Below are positions 34,533 through 42,758 of a stretch of DNA of 64,000 bases, one piece after another (position 1 is the first letter of the stretch; each line of letters begins with the position of its first letter). The stretch comes from Bacteroidales bacterium (GTDB lineage Bacteria; Bacteroidota; Bacteroidia; Bacteroidales; UBA3663), in the NCBI GenBank assembly GCA_017519885.1, contig JAFWRO010000058.1, positions 5,127 through 69,126 of the forward strand, written 5' to 3'. The position numbers and the translations under genes are program-made. Under the pieces are notes generated by a model. That model worked only from the letters and a program-made list of their open reading frames with translations. It was not told the DNA's origin and searched no databases.

Positions 34533-35858
34533 ATGCAAGCAAGAAATTTGACCGAAGGAAGTATCCTACGCAACATCATCTCCTTCTCTCTGCCCTATCT
34601 GCTCTCCTATTTCATGCAGATACTCTATGGTATGGTTGACCTCTTCATCGTCGGCCAGTACTGTGGCGTTGCCAGCATCACGGCGGTCAGCATCGGCTCG
34701 CAGGTGATGCACATGCTCACAGTCATCATCATCGGTCTTGCGATGGGTACGACGGTAGTAGTCGGACAAGCCATCGGTGCACGCAACGACCGGAAAGCAG
34801 CTGCGGTGGTTGGCAACACCATCTCGCTCTTCATGATGTTCTCGCTCTTCCTTACCGTGGTACTGGTTGCTGGCGCCAAGGGTATCGTCAGCCTCATCGA
34901 AACTCCCACAGAAGCCGTCGAAGGAACCGAGAACTACCTCTACATCTGCTTCATCGGCATCCCGTTCATCGTGGCCTACAACATCATCGCAAGCATCTTC
35001 CGAGGCTTGGGTGACACGAAGAGTCCGATGTACTTCATCGCCATCGCCTGTGTCGCCAACATCGTGCTCGACATACTCTTCATCGGCGTCCTTCACTTAG
35101 ATGCCGCGGGAGCAGCCTTGGCCACTACGCTTGCACAAACCCTGAGCGTCATTATCTCACTCGTCATGATACGCCGACATCGCATCATCGCCATCCATCG
35201 TAGTGAACTTCGTCCGCATCGCGCCGAGATGGGGGCTATTCTGAAGGTTGGCATCCCCGTGGCTTTGCAGGACGGATTCATCCAGGTGGCCTTCATCGTC
35301 ATCACTGTCATCGCCAACATGCGCGGGTTGAACGATGCAGCAGCCGTGGGCATTGTCGAAAAGGTGATTGGTGCACTGTTCCTAGTGCCTTCGGCTATGC
35401 TCTCGGCGGTGAGTGCCATCGGTGCGCAGAATGTGGGAGCTGGCAAGATGCATCGCGCAAAGAGTACGCTTTGGCAAGCTATGCGCATCACGGTGGCCTA
35501 TGGCATTATTCTCGCCATTATCATACAGTTCACGGCAAATTGGGTCGTCGGCATCTTCACCGACGATCCGAATGTCATCATCTCAGGAGGGCAATATTTG
35601 CGCTCCTACATCTGGGACACAGGATTGGCAGGTATTCACTTCTGTTTCAGCGGATTCTTCTGCGCATGCGGGGCCTCCACCATTTCGTTCATTCACAACT
35701 TCTGTTCCATCGTACTGGCTCGTATCCCGTTCAGCTATCTCTTTTCAATCAATTATCCCGACACGCTCTACCCGATGGGCATTGCCACGCCTATCGGTTC
35801 CCTCGTTTCGGTCATCATCTGCGTGGGATTCTATCGATACTATTACGCGAAACGATAG
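34533..35858 (+). CDS. MATE family efflux transporter (DinF/NorM-like)
   Basis: Start moved to MQARNLTEGSILRNII. 12 TM, with typical LPYLLSYFMQ..Y..VD.F.VG N-terminus. Confidence 0.85.
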   Translation: MQARNLTEGSILRNIISFSLPYLLSYFMQILYGMVDLFIVGQYCGVASITAVSIGSQVMHMLTVIIIGLAMGTTVVVGQAIGARNDRKAAAVVGNTISLFMMFSLFLTVVLVAGAKGIVSLIETPTEAVEGTENYLYICFIGIPFIVAYNIIASIFRGLGDTKSPMYFIAIACVANIVLDILFIGVLHLDAAGAALATTLAQTLSVIISLVMIRRHRIIAIHRSELRPHRAEMGAILKVGIPVALQDGFIQVAFIVITVIANMRGLNDAAAVGIVEKVIGALFLVPSAMLSAVSAIGAQNVGAGKMHRAKSTLWQAMRITVAYGIILAIIIQFTANWVVGIFTDDPNVIISGGQYLRSYIWDTGLAGIHFCFSGFFCACGASTISFIHNFCSIVLARIPFSYLFSINYPDTLYPMGIATPIGSLVSVIICVGFYRYYYAKR

Positions 35859-35861
35859 TTC

Positions 35862-37181
35862 CTATTTGTTGATATTTATTCTAAGACCGATATTTATCGT
35901 AAAGTCCCAAGGTTTGTCCGTATAAGCAGAGTGTACGCCACTTCCATTGTCGAAGTGATACGATGCTCCAGGCTCAGCATAGAGGCTGACACCATTTTTC
36001 GTCTGATATTCGATGCCCGCAGATGCGTTGGTACTGAATACCGGGCGATTTTCTTTGACCGATTCGGTGTATGATTTATGATTCTCACCCCGATCAACAA
36101 CCAACTTGCCTTTCACAAGTTTCTCGATCTCACCACCTGCTACGGCATAGATATTGACGTGGTCGTTCTGCCAGATGCTATAACTTGCAGCCAGAGGAAC
36201 ACCTAGATAATGCAGTTTCTGCTCGGCTGTTTGAATGGTCGAACCGTAAACCACATAGATGTCGGAATTCAGATAACTGTAGGTGATGCCCGACAAAAGG
36301 CTCCAACGTTCATCCAAAACATATCGCACCGATAGGCCGAATCTGAGCGGCCTATGATGCTTCTCCTCGGGGAGTTCGACTACTTCATTTGCCTTTTCCC
36401 CATAATGAGTATTCGTAGGGGAGTTAGGTGCAACAGGAACATCCATTAATGCGTATTCTCCACTACCCGAAGACAAACTATTCATCGAAAGATTGCCGCC
36501 TCCGCCATAATAGGCTCCGACACCCCATCCACTTTGCCTCGAATGGGAATTACGCTTCGGTCGAGTGTTCATAGCCAGGTATTCGAGTTCATGCATCGTG
36601 GCATTCTGTACCTTGTCTGCGGTCTTAGTTTCCTCGACTGCATTCTTAGGTTCATCTTGTGTCGCCTTTGTTACCTCGTCAGTGTGCTCATCCTTTATCT
36701 GCGCTTCTGCTTCCTTGTCCTTGTCATCGACGGCCGTGCTTGTGCGTTCTGCGGATTGTGATTCTTCTGCTAATAAAGGAATAATCCCAGAGGGCACATT
36801 CTGGTGTCCTGATCTTTTCTTGACAAACGCAGTAGGTGTAGCCTCAGCTATTTGTTCTTCTTGAACTGGAACTATCTTCTCGTCAAAGGATTCTGCATTG
36901 ATTTCAGTTTCGACCTCAGTTTCAACGATTGTCGGTTGTGGTGGCATAATCTCCCTATTCCATTCATGAATAGCCACCCCAGTGGCCAAAGCCAAGGCAG
37001 CGACAGCGGCAACACGGTGCCACCACTTCATCGGCACAACGGGCGCCTTCTTCGATTCGGAAGCAGGCACAACGCCACGACGCGACATCTCTTGCTTGAT
37101 GTCGTCGAGCAAACCTTCGGGTGCTTTCTTGCGGAAGTCTCCCGAAAGGTCTTTCAAGTCGTTCATCCATTTGTCGTTCAT
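35862..37181 (-). CDS. anti-sigma-like membrane protein with a C-terminal outer-membrane beta-barrel-like domain
   Basis: ATGA overlap with the ECF sigma gene. One TM (WWHRVAAVAALALATGVAI), an acidic linker, then a ~200-aa Gly/Tyr-rich alternating-strand region ending ...INIGLRININK. Confidence 0.6.
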   Translation of the reverse strand: MNDKWMNDLKDLSGDFRKKAPEGLLDDIKQEMSRRGVVPASESKKAPVVPMKWWHRVAAVAALALATGVAIHEWNREIMPPQPTIVETEVETEINAESFDEKIVPVQEEQIAEATPTAFVKKRSGHQNVPSGIIPLLAEESQSAERTSTAVDDKDKEAEAQIKDEHTDEVTKATQDEPKNAVEETKTADKVQNATMHELEYLAMNTRPKRNSHSRQSGWGVGAYYGGGGNLSMNSLSSGSGEYALMDVPVAPNSPTNTHYGEKANEVVELPEEKHHRPLRFGLSVRYVLDERWSLLSGITYSYLNSDIYVVYGSTIQTAEQKLHYLGVPLAASYSIWQNDHVNIYAVAGGEIEKLVKGKLVVDRGENHKSYTESVKENRPVFSTNASAGIEYQTKNGVSLYAEPGASYHFDNGSGVHSAYTDKPWDFTINIGLRININK

Positions 37182-37735
37182 ACCAACTTCGATTTATATT
37201 CATTAATAATATGTGCCAACATATTCTTTGCCCGATGCAGCTGTGAGGCTGAACTATCGGGCTTGATGTGGAGCAGCTCGGCAATCTCCTTGTGGCTTTT
37301 CCCTTCGATGACGTAGAGGTTCAAGACCGTGCGATAACCTTCGGGCAGTTTCCTCAGCAGTCTGACGAGCACTTCGGGAGTCAGCTCATCAGTATCGGGG
37401 TCTTCGTCGGGAAGGTCGGGCAGTTCGGTGTCGAGAAAGAGCGGGTCGTTCTTCTGTCGTCGCAACAACTGCAAACTCTCGTTCACCGTAATACGTGTCA
37501 TCCAAGCTTTCAACGAACCGCTGCCACGATATTCGAACGAAGAAATCTGCGTGAAAATCTTGATGAAACTCTCCTGCAGTACATCCTTCAAGTCCTCATC
37601 ATTGGTGATATACCGGTAGCAAACACCCGTCAGATAATCGGCGTAACAGGCATACAAGGCATCCATCGCCGAGGAATCCCCTCGTCGAAACAGGTCGAGT
37701 ATATGTTGCTCGTTATCTCTTCCCGGTATATTCAT
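37178..37735 (-). CDS. ECF (group IV sigma-70) RNA polymerase sigma factor
   Basis: Region 2 (DVLQESFIKIF, LKAWMTRITVNESL) and region 4 HTH (GKSHKEIAELLHIKPDSSASQLHRAK). Confidence 0.9.
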   Translation of the reverse strand: MNIPGRDNEQHILDLFRRGDSSAMDALYACYADYLTGVCYRYITNDEDLKDVLQESFIKIFTQISSFEYRGSGSLKAWMTRITVNESLQLLRRQKNDPLFLDTELPDLPDEDPDTDELTPEVLVRLLRKLPEGYRTVLNLYVIEGKSHKEIAELLHIKPDSSASQLHRAKNMLAHIINEYKSKLV

Positions 37736-37927
37736 TTTTGGTGCACTTCGATTTTCAACTAAGTGCCATGTTAAACCAATTATCGAACAGGTCTAAACGA
37801 AAAGTTTCCCCATTCTGCTCTATAAATGTAGAAAAAGAGGAAACCTTGCATGAGAAAAAGGAAAAAGATTATAAATCAAAAAAATAATATGATACATGAA
37901 TTTCAATTTTACATTAAGAATCAACAT

Positions 37928-38393
37928 TTCATGATAAGCGTCAATTCTCTATCTCTTTATTCTTAAATAAAGTGTAGATATTTGAGTACAATTTCTTATC
38001 TGAAATTCTATAGAAGATAATGTCATCATAATAAAGCGACAAAACTTTTATACTAATGCCATTGCCTAATTGAGACCAATTTTCAATATATATTTTATTA
38101 AGCAAATCACCATTCGAATCATCCGTTATAATTATTGCAGTTTCCGAAATGTGAAATTTATAATATGAAAGAGAAGTTCCAAAACATCCCGTATGCTTTT
38201 CATACCAGTCGCCGATTATACGAGACTGGCCCTCTTCTAATGACACTTCTGAAAAATCCACATCATAGATTTCTTCATCATCTCCACAAGATGAGAAAAC
38301 CAAAGTGGTTGCTATTAGCATCAAATAAATAAAATACTTTGCCATAGCGCTGAATATGTTTTAATGTGTAACTTCTATACTCTAATCGCAAAT
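37928..38393. repeat. 466-bp direct repeat, copy 1 (lipoprotein gene plus its 5' and 3' flanks)
   Basis: Aligns without net indels to 39285..39750. Identity is highest at the 5' end of the gene and the upstream 45 nt. Confidence 0.85.
37941..38345 (-). CDS. small lipoprotein, paralog 1
   Basis: Lipobox TTLVFSSCGDD. 134 aa. Lies in the low-GC islet. Confidence 0.65.
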   Translation of the reverse strand: MAKYFIYLMLIATTLVFSSCGDDEEIYDVDFSEVSLEEGQSRIIGDWYEKHTGCFGTSLSYYKFHISETAIIITDDSNGDLLNKIYIENWSQLGNGISIKVLSLYYDDIIFYRISDKKLYSNIYTLFKNKEIEN

Positions 38394-38521
38394 AAAGGGT
38401 ATTATTACAATGTAATAATAATGATTAAAGAGTCATAACTTTGGAAAAACCATATAATTAAAAGGTATTAAAAAACAAACTGACACCCTAGCATTCCAAA
38501 CTAAGACTCGTAATGGTGAAA

Positions 38522-39232
38522 TTATTTAACTATAATTGTTTTTTCTCTTATCTGATATTTTCCTTGTGGCAGACCTATTATGCTTTTGTTGATTTCAAAA
38601 GAATCATAGCCAAAATTAACAGAAGAATCAGTCAACATGACCGTATGAATTCTTGTTTCGTCTTCAAAACAATTCTCCCTTGTCAAACTATCCAAATACC
38701 ATTCCAAATTGGTTTTTACAGAGTCAAATAAATGGCCATTTCCATTGACCAACTTGCCAAACAATTGTATCTCTTCACAATCCGGTATGCCATTCATGTT
38801 TGAATCAATCGCAAGAATGTCACTCATTGTTAATGATTGCGGCATATTGACACCAGTCGATGTATAAAATAAACCAGTTAGTATAACATTGGTACAATCT
38901 GCTATGAGATTATAACCAACAATTCCAACACATCCACTCTTGGCCGTCTGTCCTGCAATAGTAATGTCTGGATTATGCAATATCAAATCTCGCGACAGAA
39001 CAATGGGATCCTGAGTATCAAAAACAATGGTTCTGGCACCTTGTTGTTCCACAGCATACCGTAAGGTTCCGAAAGTGACTACTTCAGGATCGTCAGAACG
39101 AAAAACGTGGTACACAACACCGCCACGCCCACCTGTAGTTTCATCAGGAGTCAACATGAGCTGCTGTGAAGCCAGATTTCCTGACAAGGAAACCATCAGT
39201 CCAATTAATAAAGAGAATTTATTATAGTACAT
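38522..39232 (-). CDS. exported protein with a PL1 pectate-lyase-like N-terminal segment only
   Basis: Signal peptide. TTGGRGGVVYHV...GTLRYAV...ARTIVFD...ITIAGQTA..G resembles the first rungs of the PL1 beta-helix. The rest is unrelated, and the protein is only 236 aa. Confidence 0.5.
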   Translation of the reverse strand: MYYNKFSLLIGLMVSLSGNLASQQLMLTPDETTGGRGGVVYHVFRSDDPEVVTFGTLRYAVEQQGARTIVFDTQDPIVLSRDLILHNPDITIAGQTAKSGCVGIVGYNLIADCTNVILTGLFYTSTGVNMPQSLTMSDILAIDSNMNGIPDCEEIQLFGKLVNGNGHLFDSVKTNLEWYLDSLTRENCFEDETRIHTVMLTDSSVNFGYDSFEINKSIIGLPQGKYQIREKTIIVK

Positions 39233-39284
39233 GGATTTTATTTTTTAATTATTTAAACAACATATTATCATTATGGATAAAAAA

Positions 39285-39750
39285 TTCATGATAAGTGTCA
39301 ATTCTCTCTCTCTTTATTCTTAAATAAAATGAAGAGATTTGAGTACAGTTTCTTATCTGAAATATTATAAAAAACAATGTCATAAGGAATCGAATAATCG
39401 TTTGAAACGTTTATACTAATGCCACTGTCTAATTGAGACCAGTTTTCAATATATATTTTATCAAACAAACTACCATCCGAATCATACGTTATAATTATTT
39501 CAGTTTCCGAAATGTGAAATTTTGTAATAGTAGTTCCAAAACATCCTGTATTCATTTTATACCAATCGCCAATTATGCATGATTTTCCCTCTTCTAATGA
39601 CACTTCTGAAAAATCCACATCATAGATTTCTTCATCATCTCCACAGGAAGAGTAAACCAAGGTGGTTGCTATTAGCATCAAATAAATAAAATACTTTGCC
39701 ATAGTGCTGAATATGTTTTAATGTGTAACTTCTATACTCCAAACGTAAAT
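39285..39750. repeat. 466-bp direct repeat, copy 2
   Basis: See 37928..38393. Confidence 0.85.
39298..39702 (-). CDS. small lipoprotein, paralog 2
   Basis: Lipobox TTLVYSSCGDD. 134 aa. The first 38 aa are almost identical to paralog 1. Confidence 0.65.
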   Translation of the reverse strand: MAKYFIYLMLIATTLVYSSCGDDEEIYDVDFSEVSLEEGKSCIIGDWYKMNTGCFGTTITKFHISETEIIITYDSDGSLFDKIYIENWSQLDSGISINVSNDYSIPYDIVFYNISDKKLYSNLFILFKNKEREN

Positions 39751-39969
39751 CCAATCTCCACTGCATGGACCTTGGACCTCAATATCATGCTTTTCATAGT
39801 TTAAGAGAAAATAAAATAATGATTAGTATATTGACAATGCAAAGATAAAAAAAGAAAAACAAATAACCATAGCCGCCCCCGAAAAATCAATGAAAAGTCA
39901 TAAAAAAATTCATATTGACATCTTAACATTCCAAACTACTACTGTTGATGTAATTATTTTGACCAAAAA

Positions 39970-40926
39970 TTATCTCAGCTTAGGATAAGAAAGTTGGAGT
40001 GAGTTGAAGATGTTCTGCCAAATCATATAGGCACCCATCACGATACCCGAGGTGGGATGAAGGAAGGTCATCGCCACCCAGATGGCAAGGATAGTGTTCT
40101 TTTGTCCAAGGCTCTGACCCGCGCTCAATCGGTCGTCGCACGTGTCGCCGAACTTCTTACCTACCCAAAAGTTCAAGAAGCAGAGCACGGCAGCAAAGAA
40201 GCAATAGAAAAGCGTAGTGTAGCCATCGAGCAGACCCATAAAGATGATGCGAAGCACCTGAGCCGTATTGATCATCACGCAAAACGACCACAGATAAAAC
40301 GACTTATCCTTGGCGAAACGTGCCACCCAGCGATGGGCCGAAGGTGTGAATTCACGCATGAGGAACGACAAGAGCAATGGGACAATGATGACGGGGAAAA
40401 CCTTGGCGAAAATCTTGCGGAAAAGAGTCCAAAACGTGAGTTCCGCACTATCCTGCGCCACAATGGGGAAGAGCGCAGGAATAAGCAACGCTGCAAAGAG
40501 CGAAGATAGCACGGCATACGTAGTAGCGCTTGCTGCCTTGCCGCCAAGTTTGGCCGACATCACAGCCACGGCGGTAGCTGTCGGACAAAGCAGGCAAACC
40601 AGCGCTCCTTCCCACAGACCATTTGTCCACGTGGGCAAACCAGCCCAAAGGAGCACAGCAATCATCGCCAAGCCGCCTCCAAACTGATAGATAAAACTGT
40701 AGATGAGCCACTTTTTGGGGAAGAGGTCGCGCGGATTGATTTTGCTGAACTCCAGGAACAACATCATAAAAAGGAGATAGGGCAACAGCGATGTCACCCA
40801 ATGAACCACGGCTCGGCGAGTCATAGGTTCAACGAATAAGGCATCGGCAACAAAATAGCCTACTACGCCAAGGCTCATTGCCACGACGAGAAGCCACTTC
40901 TTGATGAAAGGAATTATTTTAGGCAT
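39970..40926 (-). CDS. bile acid:Na+ symporter (BASS/SBF-like) family transporter
   Basis: Start taken at MPKIIPFIKKW (the track ORF starts at 40947). Polytopic, with a CPTATAVAVMSAKLGG segment. Confidence 0.7.
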   Translation of the reverse strand: MPKIIPFIKKWLLVVAMSLGVVGYFVADALFVEPMTRRAVVHWVTSLLPYLLFMMLFLEFSKINPRDLFPKKWLIYSFIYQFGGGLAMIAVLLWAGLPTWTNGLWEGALVCLLCPTATAVAVMSAKLGGKAASATTYAVLSSLFAALLIPALFPIVAQDSAELTFWTLFRKIFAKVFPVIIVPLLLSFLMREFTPSAHRWVARFAKDKSFYLWSFCVMINTAQVLRIIFMGLLDGYTTLFYCFFAAVLCFLNFWVGKKFGDTCDDRLSAGQSLGQKNTILAIWVAMTFLHPTSGIVMGAYMIWQNIFNSLQLSYPKLR

Positions 40927-41726
40927 AATTTTTTGATATAGAAACAAGCGAAGAGAACACCGACGACAACGGCAATGATGGAGGCCTCAGCTCCAAAGAT
41001 GCCTCCTGTCAAGAGTTCGTGGCCTTCGATATGTGGCGTAATGATCGACACACCGAAATCATTTCCTGAGACGGCAAAACCGAAAACGTTGCCCTGTGTG
41101 TAATTCCATGCCCAATGGATACCGATGGGCAACCACAGCGTGCCGCTGTATTTGTAGGCAGCGCCCAGCAGCAATCCGCTCTCGAGTGCAATAGCAATCG
41201 CGCTCCACAAGGTAGCTCCGGGGTTTACTATATGCACAAAACCGAAGACCAAGGTGGAGACAATTAGGGCGATCCACGTGTTCCAGCGCACATCAATCAT
41301 TCGGAAAAGAATACCACGAAACATGACCTCCTCTCCCACCGCAATGGTCAGGAAGAAACAGAATTGTGCAAGTTGCGTCAATCCATCAAAATCGAACGAC
41401 GTGATGCGATAAACACCAATCAGCATCATGATGCCCACCACGATGATGAAATAAACCACACCCGTCAGCAAACCCTTGCACGTCTCGGGCAATAGACGAC
41501 GGATGGGCAAGTCGGTAGCCCGTTGGCCTTCGGTCAAGCCTATCCATCCGTAATAAGCACACAGGACAAGGGCAGAAAGCACGATGGAACCGATGATGAT
41601 AGGGACAGGGCTTTTGAAAAATGTACCCGGCAACTGGGCGATTCCATCAAGGATTATAAAGATAAAGAGTCCTCCGATCAGACGGAGGACCCACATCCAA
41701 AGGGGCGCTTCTTTAGAGTTTATCAT
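40914..41726 (-). CDS. CPBP family intramembrane glutamic endopeptidase (CAAX-protease-like)
   Basis: Start moved to MINSKEAPLW. Motifs EEVMFRG, FGFVH and HWAWN. Confidence 0.8.
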   Translation of the reverse strand: MINSKEAPLWMWVLRLIGGLFIFIILDGIAQLPGTFFKSPVPIIIGSIVLSALVLCAYYGWIGLTEGQRATDLPIRRLLPETCKGLLTGVVYFIIVVGIMMLIGVYRITSFDFDGLTQLAQFCFFLTIAVGEEVMFRGILFRMIDVRWNTWIALIVSTLVFGFVHIVNPGATLWSAIAIALESGLLLGAAYKYSGTLWLPIGIHWAWNYTQGNVFGFAVSGNDFGVSIITPHIEGHELLTGGIFGAEASIIAVVVGVLFACFYIKKLCLK

Positions 41727-41742
41727 GAACAATCTTCTTTTA

Positions 41743-42399
41743 TCACAGCAGTTTCTTGATCTGCTCCTCGACATCCTTCATGTCGTGAGTTGGCTCGAAA
41801 CGTGCAACGACATTGCCATTGCGGTCGATGAGGAACTTGGTGAAGTTCCACTTGATGTCGGAAGTCTCGCGCCAGCCTGGGTTCATCTTGTCAAACATCT
41901 CTTCGAGACGTGGAGTCAACTGGTTGTCGGCATCAAAGCCCTCGAAGCCCTTCTGCTCCTTCAGATAGGTGAACAATGGAGAAGCATTCTCACCATTGAC
42001 CTCAATCTTGGCGAACTGTGGGAACTTGATGTCATAGTTGGCTGTGCAGAACTCGTGAATCTCGGCCTCAGTGCCGGGAGCCTGCTGACCAAACTGATTG
42101 CAAGGGAAGTCGAGAACCGAGAAACCCTTGGCAGAATAGTCGGCATAAAGGTTCTCAAGTTCGGTGTACTGGGGTGTGAAACCACAACGAGTGGCAGTGT
42201 TGACAACAAGCACCACGAGTCCCTTGTAACTCTCGAGCGAAATGTCCTGACCCATCATATCCTTGACGGTGTGAGCATAAAAAGCCTCGTTCACAGCAGG
42301 AGTCTCTTCGGCAGCCTGAGCTTCCTTGTTAGCATTCTTGTTGCCGCAGCTGGCCATCAGACCAACAGTTGCAAGAAGAATCAATGTTTTTTTCATCAT
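41743..42399 (-). CDS. glutathione-peroxidase-family lipoprotein (Cys-type)
   Basis: Lipobox LMASCG. NTATRCGFT (Cys encoded by TGT, not TGA), FPCNQFG and WNFTKFL. Confidence 0.85.
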   Translation of the reverse strand: MMKKTLILLATVGLMASCGNKNANKEAQAAEETPAVNEAFYAHTVKDMMGQDISLESYKGLVVLVVNTATRCGFTPQYTELENLYADYSAKGFSVLDFPCNQFGQQAPGTEAEIHEFCTANYDIKFPQFAKIEVNGENASPLFTYLKEQKGFEGFDADNQLTPRLEEMFDKMNPGWRETSDIKWNFTKFLIDRNGNVVARFEPTHDMKDVEEQIKKLL

Positions 42400-42441
42400 G
42401 AAAACGGTTTATTGTTATTGAATCGGGTTAATAAAACGCGG

Positions 42442-42449
42442 CAAAGATA
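42442..42449 (-). promoter_or_regulatory. -7 box TATCTTTG for the gpx operon, embedded in inverted repeat 42438..42462
   Basis: Minus strand ATTATCTTTGCCGC. GCGGCAAA / TTTGCCGC arms flank the box. Confidence 0.55.
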
Positions 42450-42570
42450 ATTCTTTTGCCGCACTTTTCCAAACAAAAGGACCAAATATTCAACCATTGG
42501 CCTTTATTTCATCATATATCGCCCAATGGAGTTTCAGTTTTCAACCACTAAAGATCAGCAAACTGACACC

Positions 42571-42616
42571 ATGTAGAGGACAAATAGTCCATCGTTTGGC
42601 CTTTTTGTCCCTACAT
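42571..42616. promoter_or_regulatory. inverted repeat ATGTAGAGGACAAA-N19-TTTGTCCCTACAT, candidate enhancer/operator
   Basis: 13/14 complementary positions. Ends 28 nt upstream of the sigma-54 -24 element. Confidence 0.4.
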
Positions 42617-42643
42617 TGGGTCAAAAAGGTGCCTTAACACCAT

Positions 42644-42659
42644 TGGCACGCAGATTGCA
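42644..42659 (+). promoter_or_regulatory. sigma-54 (RpoN) -24/-12 promoter TGGCACGcagaTTGCA
   Basis: Exact match to TGGCACG-N4-TTGCW with canonical GG/GC spacing, 100 nt upstream of the hsp20 ATG. Confidence 0.7.
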
Positions 42660-42744
42660 AATCCATAAGTGAACGCGATAGCGAAAGCATCACAGCGATG
42701 CTTAACCAAACGTCCAGAACATGTCTAACAAATAAATCAACCGA

Positions 42745-42752
42745 AAGGAGGT
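42745..42752 (+). promoter_or_regulatory. canonical Shine-Dalgarno AAGGAGGT
   Basis: 6-nt spacer to the ATG at 42759. I saw no comparable SD before any other start in the window. Confidence 0.6.
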
Positions 42753-42758
42753 AAAATT

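Noticed and set aside
41743-42399. Selenocysteine recoding in the glutathione peroxidase.
   Set aside because: The active-site residue in NTATRCGFT is encoded by TGT (Cys). There is no in-frame TGA and no SECIS-like hairpin.
42660-42758. ROSE- or fourU-type RNA thermometer in the hsp20 leader.
   Set aside because: I found no CCUCC or UUUU stretch in the leader, or in the first codons, that could pair with the AAGGAGG Shine-Dalgarno. Only an unrelated 7-bp stem (42685-42703) is present. This needs a folding calculation to exclude fully.
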